From: Bdellovibrionota bacterium
GTDB taxonomy: Bacteria > Bdellovibrionota_C > UBA2361 > OMII01
Reading direction: 5' to 3'
Assembly: GCA_044356215.1 (NCBI GenBank)
Contig: JBIKWQ010000053.1
Location: forward strand, 1 to 24,577
Length of the DNA stretch: 24,577 bases
Of the stretch, positions 8,818-18,045 are shown piece by piece (position 1 is the first letter of the stretch; each line of letters begins with the position of its first letter). Position numbers and translations under genes: made by a program. A model generated the notes under the pieces. The model saw only the letters and a list, made by a program, of their open reading frames with translations. It searched no databases and was not told the origin of the DNA.

Positions 8818-10092
8818 TTTAACATAAACCAGAGCGTGGTCGGATGCCCCAGGCGGCTCATAGACCACTCCAGAAGAATACTCCCCCTCGCTAAAAGCGC
8901 TTTGCCACGCATAACGCAAACTCTCCGCCGGAAGCGCTATCTCATCAAGCCAAGAATATTCGCCTTTATAGTTGAAGGTGCCGGGGTATGAGGCAACTCC
9001 CGCGTTAGAGGTTAGAACACTAAACAGCCGACGTGGTGTCTCAGATTCGGCGATACAAAGGGGAACACCGCGCTTGCTAAGTCGACAAGGCCCCTTTTCA
9101 CCGAAACTAGACAGCGACAGAGAACCCTCTAATATGCGAGCACTAGCTACGTCGAAATTACTGTTTCGATCTCCTAGCACTACCAATATTGAATCCCCAG
9201 AGGCAAAGGAATCCTTATGGCGCATCTCAAGGACTCGCCTTAATCCTTCTCCCATCTCCATCCGATAAGTCTCCCATTCAAGACCTGTTGGATCATCTTG
9301 GCCGCCACGTTTAGACTTAAAATGAAAATTGACGATCGACAGGGTCTTAGTTGCATCAGAGTCGCGCGATTTAACTGATAGCTGCACCTCAAAAGGCGGC
9401 CTCGAAAACAATCTGGGCTTTTGACGTGACCAGATCTTTGGGAGCTGCACCCGACCGTATTGCAAGCTCTGCAACACAGTCGCTCGGTCTAGCGCTACTA
9501 TAAAACCATTTGTCATACTCCCTTCGGATGGTGGCGCTGTCATAACTTTAAAGAAACGGTTAGTGCGAGATCTCCAACGATCCGCTAAATTATTCAAGGC
9601 CGCTTCTCCATCCAGAGGCGTTTTACCTATAACCTCCTGTACGGCAACCACATCACATTTAGCGCTCACAAAGCGAGCTACTAAATCTTCTACTTTTGCC
9701 TCGTACTTTTGCCGTGTAAATCCAGGATTACTACGGCTCATCGTATCAAAGGTTCCAAATAGCTTGAGATTCTGGCTGCAAATTACAAGGTCAGGGACCC
9801 CGCGAGGATCTCCCCCAGGAAATAAATTCGGGTCGACTTTCGAAGCTTTCCTGGATTTAACTGGAGCTGATTCGCCTTTGTTTTGGCTTACCTCCTGAGC
9901 ATGTTCGGCCTCCCGATTCTCGGTCTCATTTCTGGTAGCGCCATCCTCCACAGTATCAATTTTCGCGGCATCATCCCCATACGCTATATCGGTAATGAAC
10001 CAAGCAGTCGCCGCAAGAAGGGCGAGAACGCCCCCTATTCTCACAGCTCCAGATACTGGAACTACATTTTTTAAATTCAACCGAATCTTCAT
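8806..10092 (-). CDS. Endonuclease/exonuclease/phosphatase (EEP) family protein, secreted or membrane-anchored
   Basis: SQN, DVVAVQEV, NFHFKSKRG, VLGDRN, LDEI and ASDHALV motifs; N-terminal hydrophobic segment; start 10092 chosen (ORF extends to 10152). Confidence 0.85.
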   Translation of the reverse strand: MKIRLNLKNVVPVSGAVRIGGVLALLAATAWFITDIAYGDDAAKIDTVEDGATRNETENREAEHAQEVSQNKGESAPVKSRKASKVDPNLFPGGDPRGVPDLVICSQNLKLFGTFDTMSRSNPGFTRQKYEAKVEDLVARFVSAKCDVVAVQEVIGKTPLDGEAALNNLADRWRSRTNRFFKVMTAPPSEGSMTNGFIVALDRATVLQSLQYGRVQLPKIWSRQKPRLFSRPPFEVQLSVKSRDSDATKTLSIVNFHFKSKRGGQDDPTGLEWETYRMEMGEGLRRVLEMRHKDSFASGDSILVVLGDRNSNFDVASARILEGSLSLSSFGEKGPCRLSKRGVPLCIAESETPRRLFSVLTSNAGVASYPGTFNYKGEYSWLDEIALPAESLRYAWQSAFSEGEYSSGVVYEPPGASDHALVYVKLNW

Positions 10093-10099
10093 AATCTTT

Positions 10100-10732
10100 C
10101 TAACTATGCACACCAGATCTAACTCTCCAGGAGCCCCTCTTTTGGCCCTCACGTGGCGCGAAAACTTTTTCTATTGGAAAACTAGCGCTTCTCGCCGACT
10201 GAATCTTTGTTAAAGCCAACCTGCCAATTAGGATCGCATCGATTATATCCTGGTGCCTCTCTAATTTTTCCACCCCGATCCCCAAATCAATCAATTGATC
10301 AGAATAGAGAACCTCTACTGTTCTAACGGCAGCCTGCTTGACTTCTGCCCGCGGCAACTGTTTTCCCTTTAGTCCCATTACCTCGTAGTGCACAGAACGA
10401 GGATTAATTCTGCCTGGGACGGTAACCTTTCTGTTACGGGCTACTGCCTCAAAGATGCTACGCACATTCTCTACCTTAAGAGCATTGTGAGGGTCTTTAA
10501 CGGTTGTGGCAGCCTCGCAGACTAACAAGTCACCGGCGCTTAGTCCTATCCTCTCTAGAACTGATTCGATCCGCTCCTGAAGCGATCTTAGTCTATGCCC
10601 CATGGGGGTGCTTGGCGGGTCACTTCGAATTTTCCCGACACTCCTAATCCTTCCGTCGGATATAGAAAACAAAGCCCACCCAGAACAGGTCAAACTAGGG
10701 TCAACTGCCAAGAGGGAGCGATATGAGCTCAT
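10100..10732 (-). CDS. RuvC-like (RNase H fold) Holliday junction resolvase-type nuclease
   Basis: LAVDPSLTCSGWA, LVCE and HQDIIDAILIG supply the D/E/D/D acidic set. Confidence 0.75.
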   Translation of the reverse strand: MSSYRSLLAVDPSLTCSGWALFSISDGRIRSVGKIRSDPPSTPMGHRLRSLQERIESVLERIGLSAGDLLVCEAATTVKDPHNALKVENVRSIFEAVARNRKVTVPGRINPRSVHYEVMGLKGKQLPRAEVKQAAVRTVEVLYSDQLIDLGIGVEKLERHQDIIDAILIGRLALTKIQSARSASFPIEKVFAPREGQKRGSWRVRSGVHS

Positions 10733-10907
10733 AAGCCTTAAACAATAACCTGAAAGTGGCCTAAGTCGCTATACACTCTAAATAGTTACCTCGGTTTAAA
10801 GACTTCATGGGCGGGTGGACAGCCAAACCTGCCATTGGTATAACCTCCCCTGACCAGGGTCATATAAACAAATGGCGCGTTAGCTCACGAGTGGCGAGAA
10901 AGATACC

Positions 10908-11855
10908 ATGGAACAGGAACTCTTAAGTGACTTATATCAAAAGATGTTGCGCATTCGGCGCTTTGAAGAGGAAGCCGCTAGGCTCTACACCGAAAAGAAG
11001 ATCGGTGGGTTTCTCCATCTTTATATCGGGCAGGAAGCGGTAGCCGTTGGGGCTCTATCGGTCCTCCAGCCAAACGATTATGTAATGACGGCTTACCGTT
11101 GCCACGGACACTACCTAGCGCGCGGAGGCTCTGCGCGAGCTGGAATGGCTGAGCTGATGGGAAAAGCAACCGGATGCGCCAAAGGTCGCGGCGGGTCGAT
11201 GCACTTTTATGACGTACCCAATCGCTTCATGGGAGGCTGGGGTATCGTTGGAGCGCAGGTTCCTGTAGCCGCTGGATTGGCGTTTGCCGAGAAGTATAAA
11301 GGAAGCGACGGGGTTGCTATCGTATTCCTTGGAGATGGTGCCATTAACATCGGCTCATTCCATGAAGGGTTAGCACTCAGTGCTCTTTGGAAGATCCCTG
11401 TTATATTCGTAATTGAAAACAATCAGTTTGCGATGGGAACGCCTCTCGAGAAAACGGCACCAATTGAAGACCTCTCAATTCGCGCTCTGGCATATCCTAT
11501 GGCTCGCGAAACTGTTGATGGGCACGATATTTTCGCTGTACGCGAAACTATATTCGCCGCAGCCAAGCGCGCACGGGAACAAAATCTTCCGACCTTAGTA
11601 GAGGCTAAGACCTATCGGTACCGTGGCCACTCCATGGCCGACCCAGCTAAGTATCGCACAGCTCAAGACGTGGAGGCTTGGAAAGCGCGCGACCCTATCA
11701 AGGTTCTTGGAGAGACCATGGAGAGCCTAGGGATGAAAGCCATTCGTGAACAGATTGAACAAGATGTGGAGAATGAGATTCAGGACGCCGTAAGGTTTGC
11801 CGAGGAGTCCCCTTTCCCTGCTCCAGAAACTGCTATGGATTACATTTATGTCTAA
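10908..11855 (+). CDS. pdhA: Pyruvate dehydrogenase E1 alpha subunit
   Basis: GFLHLYIGQEA, GRGGSMH, TPP motif GDGA...ENN, YRYRGHSMADP. Confidence 0.95.
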   Translation: MEQELLSDLYQKMLRIRRFEEEAARLYTEKKIGGFLHLYIGQEAVAVGALSVLQPNDYVMTAYRCHGHYLARGGSARAGMAELMGKATGCAKGRGGSMHFYDVPNRFMGGWGIVGAQVPVAAGLAFAEKYKGSDGVAIVFLGDGAINIGSFHEGLALSALWKIPVIFVIENNQFAMGTPLEKTAPIEDLSIRALAYPMARETVDGHDIFAVRETIFAAAKRAREQNLPTLVEAKTYRYRGHSMADPAKYRTAQDVEAWKARDPIKVLGETMESLGMKAIREQIEQDVENEIQDAVRFAEESPFPAPETAMDYIYV

Positions 11856-12867
11856 CGCCATGCCAAATAATTCAGATTCACAAGTAGCCGCGGTTCGTGA
11901 GATTCAGATTCGAGATGCGCTGCAAGAAGCCATGACCGAAGAGATGCTTCGCGACGAAAATGTGTTCCTAGTCGGAGAGGAAGTCGGCGGATACAATGGC
12001 GCCTACAAGTGCTCAAAAGGGATGCTAGATCAGTTCGGTCCCAAGCGCGTGATAGACGCTCCGATCGCCGAAAACGGCTTCGCAGCGATAGCAATTGGCG
12101 CGGCAATGGCAGGACTTAGACCGATTGTTGAGTTCATGACATTTAACTTCTCTCTCTGCGCCATCGATCAGATTATCAATACTGCCGCTAAGTCACGGCT
12201 CATGTCTGCGGGCGAGATATCATGTCCTATAGTTTTTCGAGGAGCTGGTGGAGCGGCCTTCCAGTTGGGCGCTCAGCACGCCAACTCATTCGAGAATTTC
12301 TATGCCTACACCCCTGGTTTAATTGTTGTTGCCCCAGCGACTCCTTATGACATGAAGGGGTTACTAAAGAGCTCAATTCGTAATGATAATCCAGTGGTTT
12401 TCTTCGAGTCCGAGCTAACCTACGGCAAGCGCGGCCCCGTTCCGGAGGGTGAGTATCTGGTTCCGATCGGCAAAGCTGATATTAAGCGTGAAGGTTCGGA
12501 TGTGACCCTAATTACTTGGTCAAAGAACCTCTTCCTCACACTTGATGTCGCTGAGGAATTAGCACAGCAAGGGATATCGGCTGAGGTTATTGATCTAAGA
12601 ACGCTACGGCCATTGGACAAAGAGACGGTATTTAACTCCGTGGCAAAAACTAATAGGTGCGTCATTGTTCAGGAGCAACATGAGATTGCAAGCTACGGTT
12701 CTTATCTCAGCCACCTGATCTCAACAGAGATCTTTGATGAGCTAGATGCGCCGGTTGGCTTGGTATCCTCGCTGGAGGCTCCGATGCCATACTCCAAGGC
12801 GCTTGAGGTAGTAATTCTACCCAGTAAAGACCGGGTCATAGAGAAGGTTAAGTCGGTTCTAGCTTAA
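11848..12867 (+). CDS. pdhB: Pyruvate dehydrogenase E1 beta subunit
   Basis: GEEVGGYNGAYK, PIAENGF, RPIVEFMTFNF, EVIDLRTLRPLD; ATG 11848 overlaps the pdhA end (alternative start 11860). Confidence 0.95.
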   Translation: MSNAMPNNSDSQVAAVREIQIRDALQEAMTEEMLRDENVFLVGEEVGGYNGAYKCSKGMLDQFGPKRVIDAPIAENGFAAIAIGAAMAGLRPIVEFMTFNFSLCAIDQIINTAAKSRLMSAGEISCPIVFRGAGGAAFQLGAQHANSFENFYAYTPGLIVVAPATPYDMKGLLKSSIRNDNPVVFFESELTYGKRGPVPEGEYLVPIGKADIKREGSDVTLITWSKNLFLTLDVAEELAQQGISAEVIDLRTLRPLDKETVFNSVAKTNRCVIVQEQHEIASYGSYLSHLISTEIFDELDAPVGLVSSLEAPMPYSKALEVVILPSKDRVIEKVKSVLA

Positions 12868-12869
12868 GG

Positions 12870-13391
12870 ATGCCAGTAGCTAACTTTAATGGCGCTTCTC
12901 CGAACATAGATTCCTCTGCTTTTATAGCTCCAGACGCGTGGATTATCGGCGATGTAAAAATCGGAGCGAGAAGCTCTGTCTTCTTTAGCGCCGTAGTTAG
13001 AGGTGATATTCAGTCCATCACAATAGGTCAGGATACCAACCTCCAAGAACATGTGCTGGTGCATTCGTCTCACGGAATGTCTCCAGTGGTTATTGGCGAC
13101 GGAGTTACGATCGGTCACAGGGGTATCATTCACGGCTGCTCAATCGGCAACCACAGTCTAATCGGCATGGGTGCTACTGTTCTCGACAATGCGCGGATTG
13201 AAGAGCACTGTGTCATAGGCGCTCATTCTCTTGTTACCAAAGGCACTATTATTCCACCTAGGAGCCTCGTAGTAGGGACTCCGGCCAAGGTGGCCCGTCA
13301 TTTAACAGACGAAGAGGTCGCTGACATACTTACCTCAGCTAAAAGATATTCGGAGCTCGCCGACATATATCTCCGGGATTTACCAAGGTAA
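12870..13391 (+). CDS. Gamma carbonic anhydrase family protein (left-handed beta-helix)
   Basis: VRGD, TNLQE..VH, VTIGH...HGC with hexapeptide repeats; three putative metal-binding His. Confidence 0.9.
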   Translation: MPVANFNGASPNIDSSAFIAPDAWIIGDVKIGARSSVFFSAVVRGDIQSITIGQDTNLQEHVLVHSSHGMSPVVIGDGVTIGHRGIIHGCSIGNHSLIGMGATVLDNARIEEHCVIGAHSLVTKGTIIPPRSLVVGTPAKVARHLTDEEVADILTSAKRYSELADIYLRDLPR

Positions 13392-13456
13392 TGCACATAC
13401 ACCTGCAAGAGCAGAGTCTGCTGTACTTTAGCCCTTTCTACGGATAAACTTGCCCT

Positions 13457-14827
13457 ATGTTTGATTTTTTACATGACAAGATCGATGGCGCTTTAAAGAA
13501 GATCCGCGGGCGTGGAGTCATATCCGCAGCGGATGTTGAAGCAACAATGAAAGAAGTTCGCACGGCCCTGCTAGAGGGAGATGTAAACTTCAAGGTCGCC
13601 AAGGACTTCTGCTCCCGTGTAACAGAAAAGGCAATTGGTGAGAACGTTTTAAAAAGCCTCTCTCCTGAACAACAGATCATCAAGATCGTTCATGAGGAAC
13701 TTACAGCCACTATGGGCGGAGAGGCGGCCGAACTAGATCTACGTTCAGCGCCTCCGGTTGTGATCATGCTCGTCGGACTTCAAGGATCTGGAAAGACGAC
13801 AACATCGGCCAAACTAGCTAGGCTTCTGAAGGAGCAATACAAGCGCTCCCCGCTCCTAGTACCCGCTGACGTATATCGACCAGCGGCCATCACCCAACTA
13901 AAGACTCTAGGATCCAATCTTGGTATCGCTGTATTTGATTCGCAACCCACAGATCGTCCCGTTGATATCGCCATACGAGCGCGCGATTTCGCGACAAGAA
14001 ATGTTCACGACGTGATGATCATTGATACAGCCGGGCGGCTGCAGATCGATGAAGCTTTAATGGATGAGCTCAAGCAAATAGTAACTGTTGTGGCTCCTAC
14101 AGAGATACTCCTGGTCGCGGACGCAATGACCGGCCAGGAAGCTGTAAATGTGGCACAGGGATTCGACCAGACTCTCGCGCTGACTGGTTTGGTTTTAACC
14201 AAGCTAGATGGAGATGCCCGCGGAGGCGCGGCACTCTCAATGCGAGCAGTAACCGGAAAGCCGATCAAGTTTGTGGGATTAGGAGAGAAGTCTGACGCTC
14301 TGGAGCCTTTTCACCCTGAACGGATGGCTTCGCGAATCCTTGGAATGGGAGATGTTCTCACACTCATCGAAAAGGCAGCACAGCAAGTAACAGTCGAGGA
14401 CTCAGAGGACCTAGAAAAGAAATTCAAAAAGGGACAGTTCTCCTTTGAGGACTTTCTATCTCAAATGCGCATGATTCGCCGCATGGGGAGTATATCTTCG
14501 TTAATGTCTATGATTCCTGGGATAAACAAGCTTGCTAAACAAGTAGACCCTGAGAAGCAAGAGAAGGAATTCCGCAAGCTAGAAGCTATTATTCTGTCCA
14601 TGACCAAAGAGGAGCGACGCGACCACGAGATCCTAAATGGTAGTCGCAGAAGACGCATCGCCCTAGGATCTGGTACGAGCGTTGAGGATGTGAACAAACT
14701 GGTTAAGCAGTTTGTTGAGATGCGAAAGATGATGAAGCAACTTATGAAGATGGGGCCAGGAGCGCTCGGTGGCTTGCTAGGCGGCCAGGGAATGGGCGGA
14801 CTCGGCGGGATGTTTGGTAGACGCTAA
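13457..14827 (+). CDS. ffh: Signal recognition particle protein Ffh
   Basis: GLQGSGKTT, DTAGR, TKLDGDARGG, M-domain SMT.EER and RIALGSG. Confidence 0.97.
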   Translation: MFDFLHDKIDGALKKIRGRGVISAADVEATMKEVRTALLEGDVNFKVAKDFCSRVTEKAIGENVLKSLSPEQQIIKIVHEELTATMGGEAAELDLRSAPPVVIMLVGLQGSGKTTTSAKLARLLKEQYKRSPLLVPADVYRPAAITQLKTLGSNLGIAVFDSQPTDRPVDIAIRARDFATRNVHDVMIIDTAGRLQIDEALMDELKQIVTVVAPTEILLVADAMTGQEAVNVAQGFDQTLALTGLVLTKLDGDARGGAALSMRAVTGKPIKFVGLGEKSDALEPFHPERMASRILGMGDVLTLIEKAAQQVTVEDSEDLEKKFKKGQFSFEDFLSQMRMIRRMGSISSLMSMIPGINKLAKQVDPEKQEKEFRKLEAIILSMTKEERRDHEILNGSRRRRIALGSGTSVEDVNKLVKQFVEMRKMMKQLMKMGPGALGGLLGGQGMGGLGGMFGRR

Positions 14828-14853
14828 GAAGCGCAGTAGCTCAGGATTTACTT

Positions 14854-17778
14854 TCATACCAGAGAGTGACCGCGCCTAGTTTCCCTAGCTAAACTACTCG
14901 CCAACTCCGAGAAAAAGCCCTGATTGTGCCAGAGAGATAGAGAGCCGACCACATAGATGCGTTTTTTAGCGCGCGTTACAGCGACGTTGACAAGATTCGG
15001 GCGCTCACCAGCCCAACGAGCTGCTCCCCTTGTGTTCTCGTCACATCCCAACACAAAGGCGACAACTTCCGCCTCTTTTCCCTGAAATGTATGTACAGTT
15101 CCAACCCTTCTGCGAATTGCTGCCGCGACATCTTTAGAGCATCCTATAGAGCGAGCTCTGTCAACCAACAGCTTCGCTAGCCTCTCCTTAATTGAGCGAA
15201 AAGGGGTGATAAAGAAGATATCCGGCTCTTGATCTTTATACTCTCGCATAACCCGATCTAAAATCTCGCAAGCCACATCACCATGACTCGGAACCCAATG
15301 TCGAGCAGCGCAACTTCCATCAACGTCATACCAGGTGCTCTCCGGCAAATAGGTCAGCTGACTCACATCAGGCGGGGAGTCCTTAGTCCCATAGGTCATC
15401 AAGCCCCCATAAGCGATAGTGTTAGCTATCGAGAACATCGGCTCTACACAACGACGATGCACCCTAAGTGGCGAGCCTACCCATGCGCTTTCCGCGCTCT
15501 GTTCAAGGTATGTTCCCAATTCATTCGACTCATCAGCTAAACTCTGCGCGGAGCTAGCCAAAGGAGAATAGAGCGGATTAGAGATCTCGTGCGTCTTGCA
15601 GAAATGGCGAATAAGGACCTCTGGAGCCGACACTACGGGCTGAATTTGCATGGGATCTCCAATAACCAGGGCGCGTTTTGATCTCCATAACAGGCCGGCG
15701 ACAGATTGTGGTGTGGCCTGGCCGGCTTCCTCGATGATGGCTGTACCTAAAGCCCCCGCTCCTAGCGGCGAGCACATTCGCTCAACCGACGCCAGCGTAG
15801 TAGACACAACTGGAACGACCATGAAAAGCGTTTGCCAAATATAGGTCGCTATTTGCTCATCAAAAGCATCTGGTCTGCTTAGTAGCTTACCAAGCGCCGC
15901 GAGGTTAGTCCCAAGCCCGAGCGCCTCACGTGTCCAAGCTTGATGTAGCTCTAGAGCCGACAAAAAAAGATTGCTCTGCGCGACAAGTAAATTCTCACTA
16001 AGCCACGGAGAACGTGACTGAACACTGAGGGAATCGAAATTTTCATCACTTGGCGGACGATAATCTTCTTTCGGGTCATGAGCTTCCTGAAATGCCGCAG
16101 ATCCTCGCTCGATGAGCTTCTCTAGCTCCTCCTCAACTTTTTTATGCGCATCTAAAAAAGACAGCCGAGCTTTGGCATAGCTCATGGTCCCCTGGGGCGG
16201 AATCCGCCTGCGCCACTCATGAAGCGTTAGTTTCTCCGAAAGAGACTGCCTTTTGACCTTCTCATCTTTTTCCTCCGTCGGACCGTAAAGTAAGGCGTCG
16301 CAGAAATACTCTCGGTTGCGGCGGTTGCCTAACGGTGCGCTTATCAATCCCCAAAGCGCCGCGTCACTGCTGGCCGCACCGACTCTGCCCCGACCTCTGC
16401 GGATCTCATCATACAATCTGCTAACCTCTATTAAATACGACGCATTTCTAAATGTTTGTCCAAGCCCTGACCTCTTTGGCAACTCCCTGGTTATATTCTC
16501 AACCGCGTTGTTATTACTTGAGGCGACAACTATTTCAAACCCTACGAGATCTCTCTTCAACTTGCGAATGACGAACCTAGCTCGTTCCACCTCGCAGGAA
16601 ACCGTCTTTCTCTCGAACGCGTCATCAGGAGATCTATAGCGAACTAATTTCAGCGCTCGGTTAATAACAGTTGTCGCTACTATGTCTTTAACGAGGGTTG
16701 TTTTACCGGTTCCAGGAGGCCCATTAACCGCGAAGAGCGAGTGCTTACCACTCATGAATTCATTAATAGCCAGCTGCTGCATCAATGAATTAAAATGGGC
16801 TTCTTCATGTGGCCATCTACCCAGTGGCAGCGTACGAGCGCCCACCCCATCCCAAAGTCGCGATGATGGCCTCGCTACATCCACTCTATTGCTATGAGGA
16901 GTAGCTGATACGTACATAGCGAGTGGTGACTGCTTAGGCATATCAGCGGATCGCTGCGCTACTCTTTGCAGATCTCTTAAGAAGAAGGAGTTAAGGATAT
17001 CGCACTTCCTCCTTATTCGAGTCGGCGGATTAGCTATCGGGCGCCTTCCCTCATTGATATCAGTTTCAACGGTCTCAATCCGCGATTCTGATCGCTCCTC
17101 GCTACTAGTGGCTGAGACTTCCGTGGAACCGATCTCGACTTCTGACTTAGGCTTTTTCCTACCCAAACGGTGAGCGACGATGACAACCCGATCAGAAAAA
17201 TTGCGCCAAGGGATCTCTAAATCTCTGAGTGTCTCTTTATTAATAGTTAACAACTCGCCCCATTTAAGGGGAGCGATGCCCTCAGGCGTTACATCTTCCT
17301 CCGTCACGCGACATGAAGAGATTCTCATCAACAGATCGCGGCCATAAGCATCGAAAGCATCTAACGAAAGATCAGAGCCTCGTTTAAGAGCCGTAAGAGA
17401 CCATGGGAGGGTTGAAATTCGACAATCATCGACCAGTACCTCGCCGCCCCCAGATATTCCTAGCCGTAGAACACACGTCGTTCCTTCTGATTCTCTTGAA
17501 TCACCGAAGTCCTCAAGGAAATCGTCGCGCTCGTAAAGCTCTCGCACGATTGATTTAGCCGCAGCTTTTTCGAATATGCCAAGAAAGAGATCAAAGCTAT
17601 AATTATAATCGGGATGAAGTCCCCACAACTCAGGCGCTATCCACGGAACTTCTGGGAATAGAGGTGCGTTAAGCGAAATATGCCAGGAATCATCCTCGAC
17701 CGTGAGAACCTCAGCTAGGTCGAACACCTGGAACATCTCAACATCTCGCCAGAGCTGCAGCGTCCTAAGAATTGACAT
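14854..17778 (-). CDS. Upf1/DNA2-like superfamily 1 helicase (AAA_11/AAA_12)
   Basis: NGPPGTGKTT, VASSNNNAVEN, IIEEAGQA, IGDPMQIQPV, HRRC, GTVHTFQGKE and NVAVTRAK motifs. Confidence 0.9.
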   Translation of the reverse strand: MSILRTLQLWRDVEMFQVFDLAEVLTVEDDSWHISLNAPLFPEVPWIAPELWGLHPDYNYSFDLFLGIFEKAAAKSIVRELYERDDFLEDFGDSRESEGTTCVLRLGISGGGEVLVDDCRISTLPWSLTALKRGSDLSLDAFDAYGRDLLMRISSCRVTEEDVTPEGIAPLKWGELLTINKETLRDLEIPWRNFSDRVVIVAHRLGRKKPKSEVEIGSTEVSATSSEERSESRIETVETDINEGRRPIANPPTRIRRKCDILNSFFLRDLQRVAQRSADMPKQSPLAMYVSATPHSNRVDVARPSSRLWDGVGARTLPLGRWPHEEAHFNSLMQQLAINEFMSGKHSLFAVNGPPGTGKTTLVKDIVATTVINRALKLVRYRSPDDAFERKTVSCEVERARFVIRKLKRDLVGFEIVVASSNNNAVENITRELPKRSGLGQTFRNASYLIEVSRLYDEIRRGRGRVGAASSDAALWGLISAPLGNRRNREYFCDALLYGPTEEKDEKVKRQSLSEKLTLHEWRRRIPPQGTMSYAKARLSFLDAHKKVEEELEKLIERGSAAFQEAHDPKEDYRPPSDENFDSLSVQSRSPWLSENLLVAQSNLFLSALELHQAWTREALGLGTNLAALGKLLSRPDAFDEQIATYIWQTLFMVVPVVSTTLASVERMCSPLGAGALGTAIIEEAGQATPQSVAGLLWRSKRALVIGDPMQIQPVVSAPEVLIRHFCKTHEISNPLYSPLASSAQSLADESNELGTYLEQSAESAWVGSPLRVHRRCVEPMFSIANTIAYGGLMTYGTKDSPPDVSQLTYLPESTWYDVDGSCAARHWVPSHGDVACEILDRVMREYKDQEPDIFFITPFRSIKERLAKLLVDRARSIGCSKDVAAAIRRRVGTVHTFQGKEAEVVAFVLGCDENTRGAARWAGERPNLVNVAVTRAKKRIYVVGSLSLWHNQGFFSELASSLARETRRGHSLV

Positions 17779-17820
17779 TCTGGAACTTTACTCCGCCTCC
17801 GCCTCGCCGTAAACCACTTC

Positions 17821-17870
17821 TTCTCAGAGACCGCGAGGTCATCAGCGCTCGTCTCAGACACCGCGCGGTC
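17821..17870 (+). repeat. REP-like direct-repeat doublet, left flank of transposase
   Basis: TCTCAGAGACCGCGAGG (17822-17838) and TCTCAGACACCGCGCGG (17852-17868); hairpin cores GACC-GCGA-GGTC and ACCGCGCGGT. Confidence 0.85.
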
Positions 17871-18045
17871 TAAATGGGCCGCAACTTGTCTTGGGCAGGA
17901 TCGATAATTAATCCCAGAACAGATCCAACTCAGCCTGATATAGCTCTTGTCGCGAAAACGCCAAACAAATCCCAGGACTGACGGCGGAGACAGGGCAATG
18001 CCCGCATTATATATGACAGTAAATTCAGTATTTTAGATAGTGCTT

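Noticed and set aside
10100..10732. TnpB/Cas12-like RNA-guided nuclease
   Set aside because: Only 210 aa, no zinc finger or REC region, and the first catalytic Asp is at the extreme N-terminus as in resolvases.
14750..14827. Gly/Met-rich repetitive tail of Ffh
   Set aside because: A common low-complexity C-terminus in Ffh proteins.
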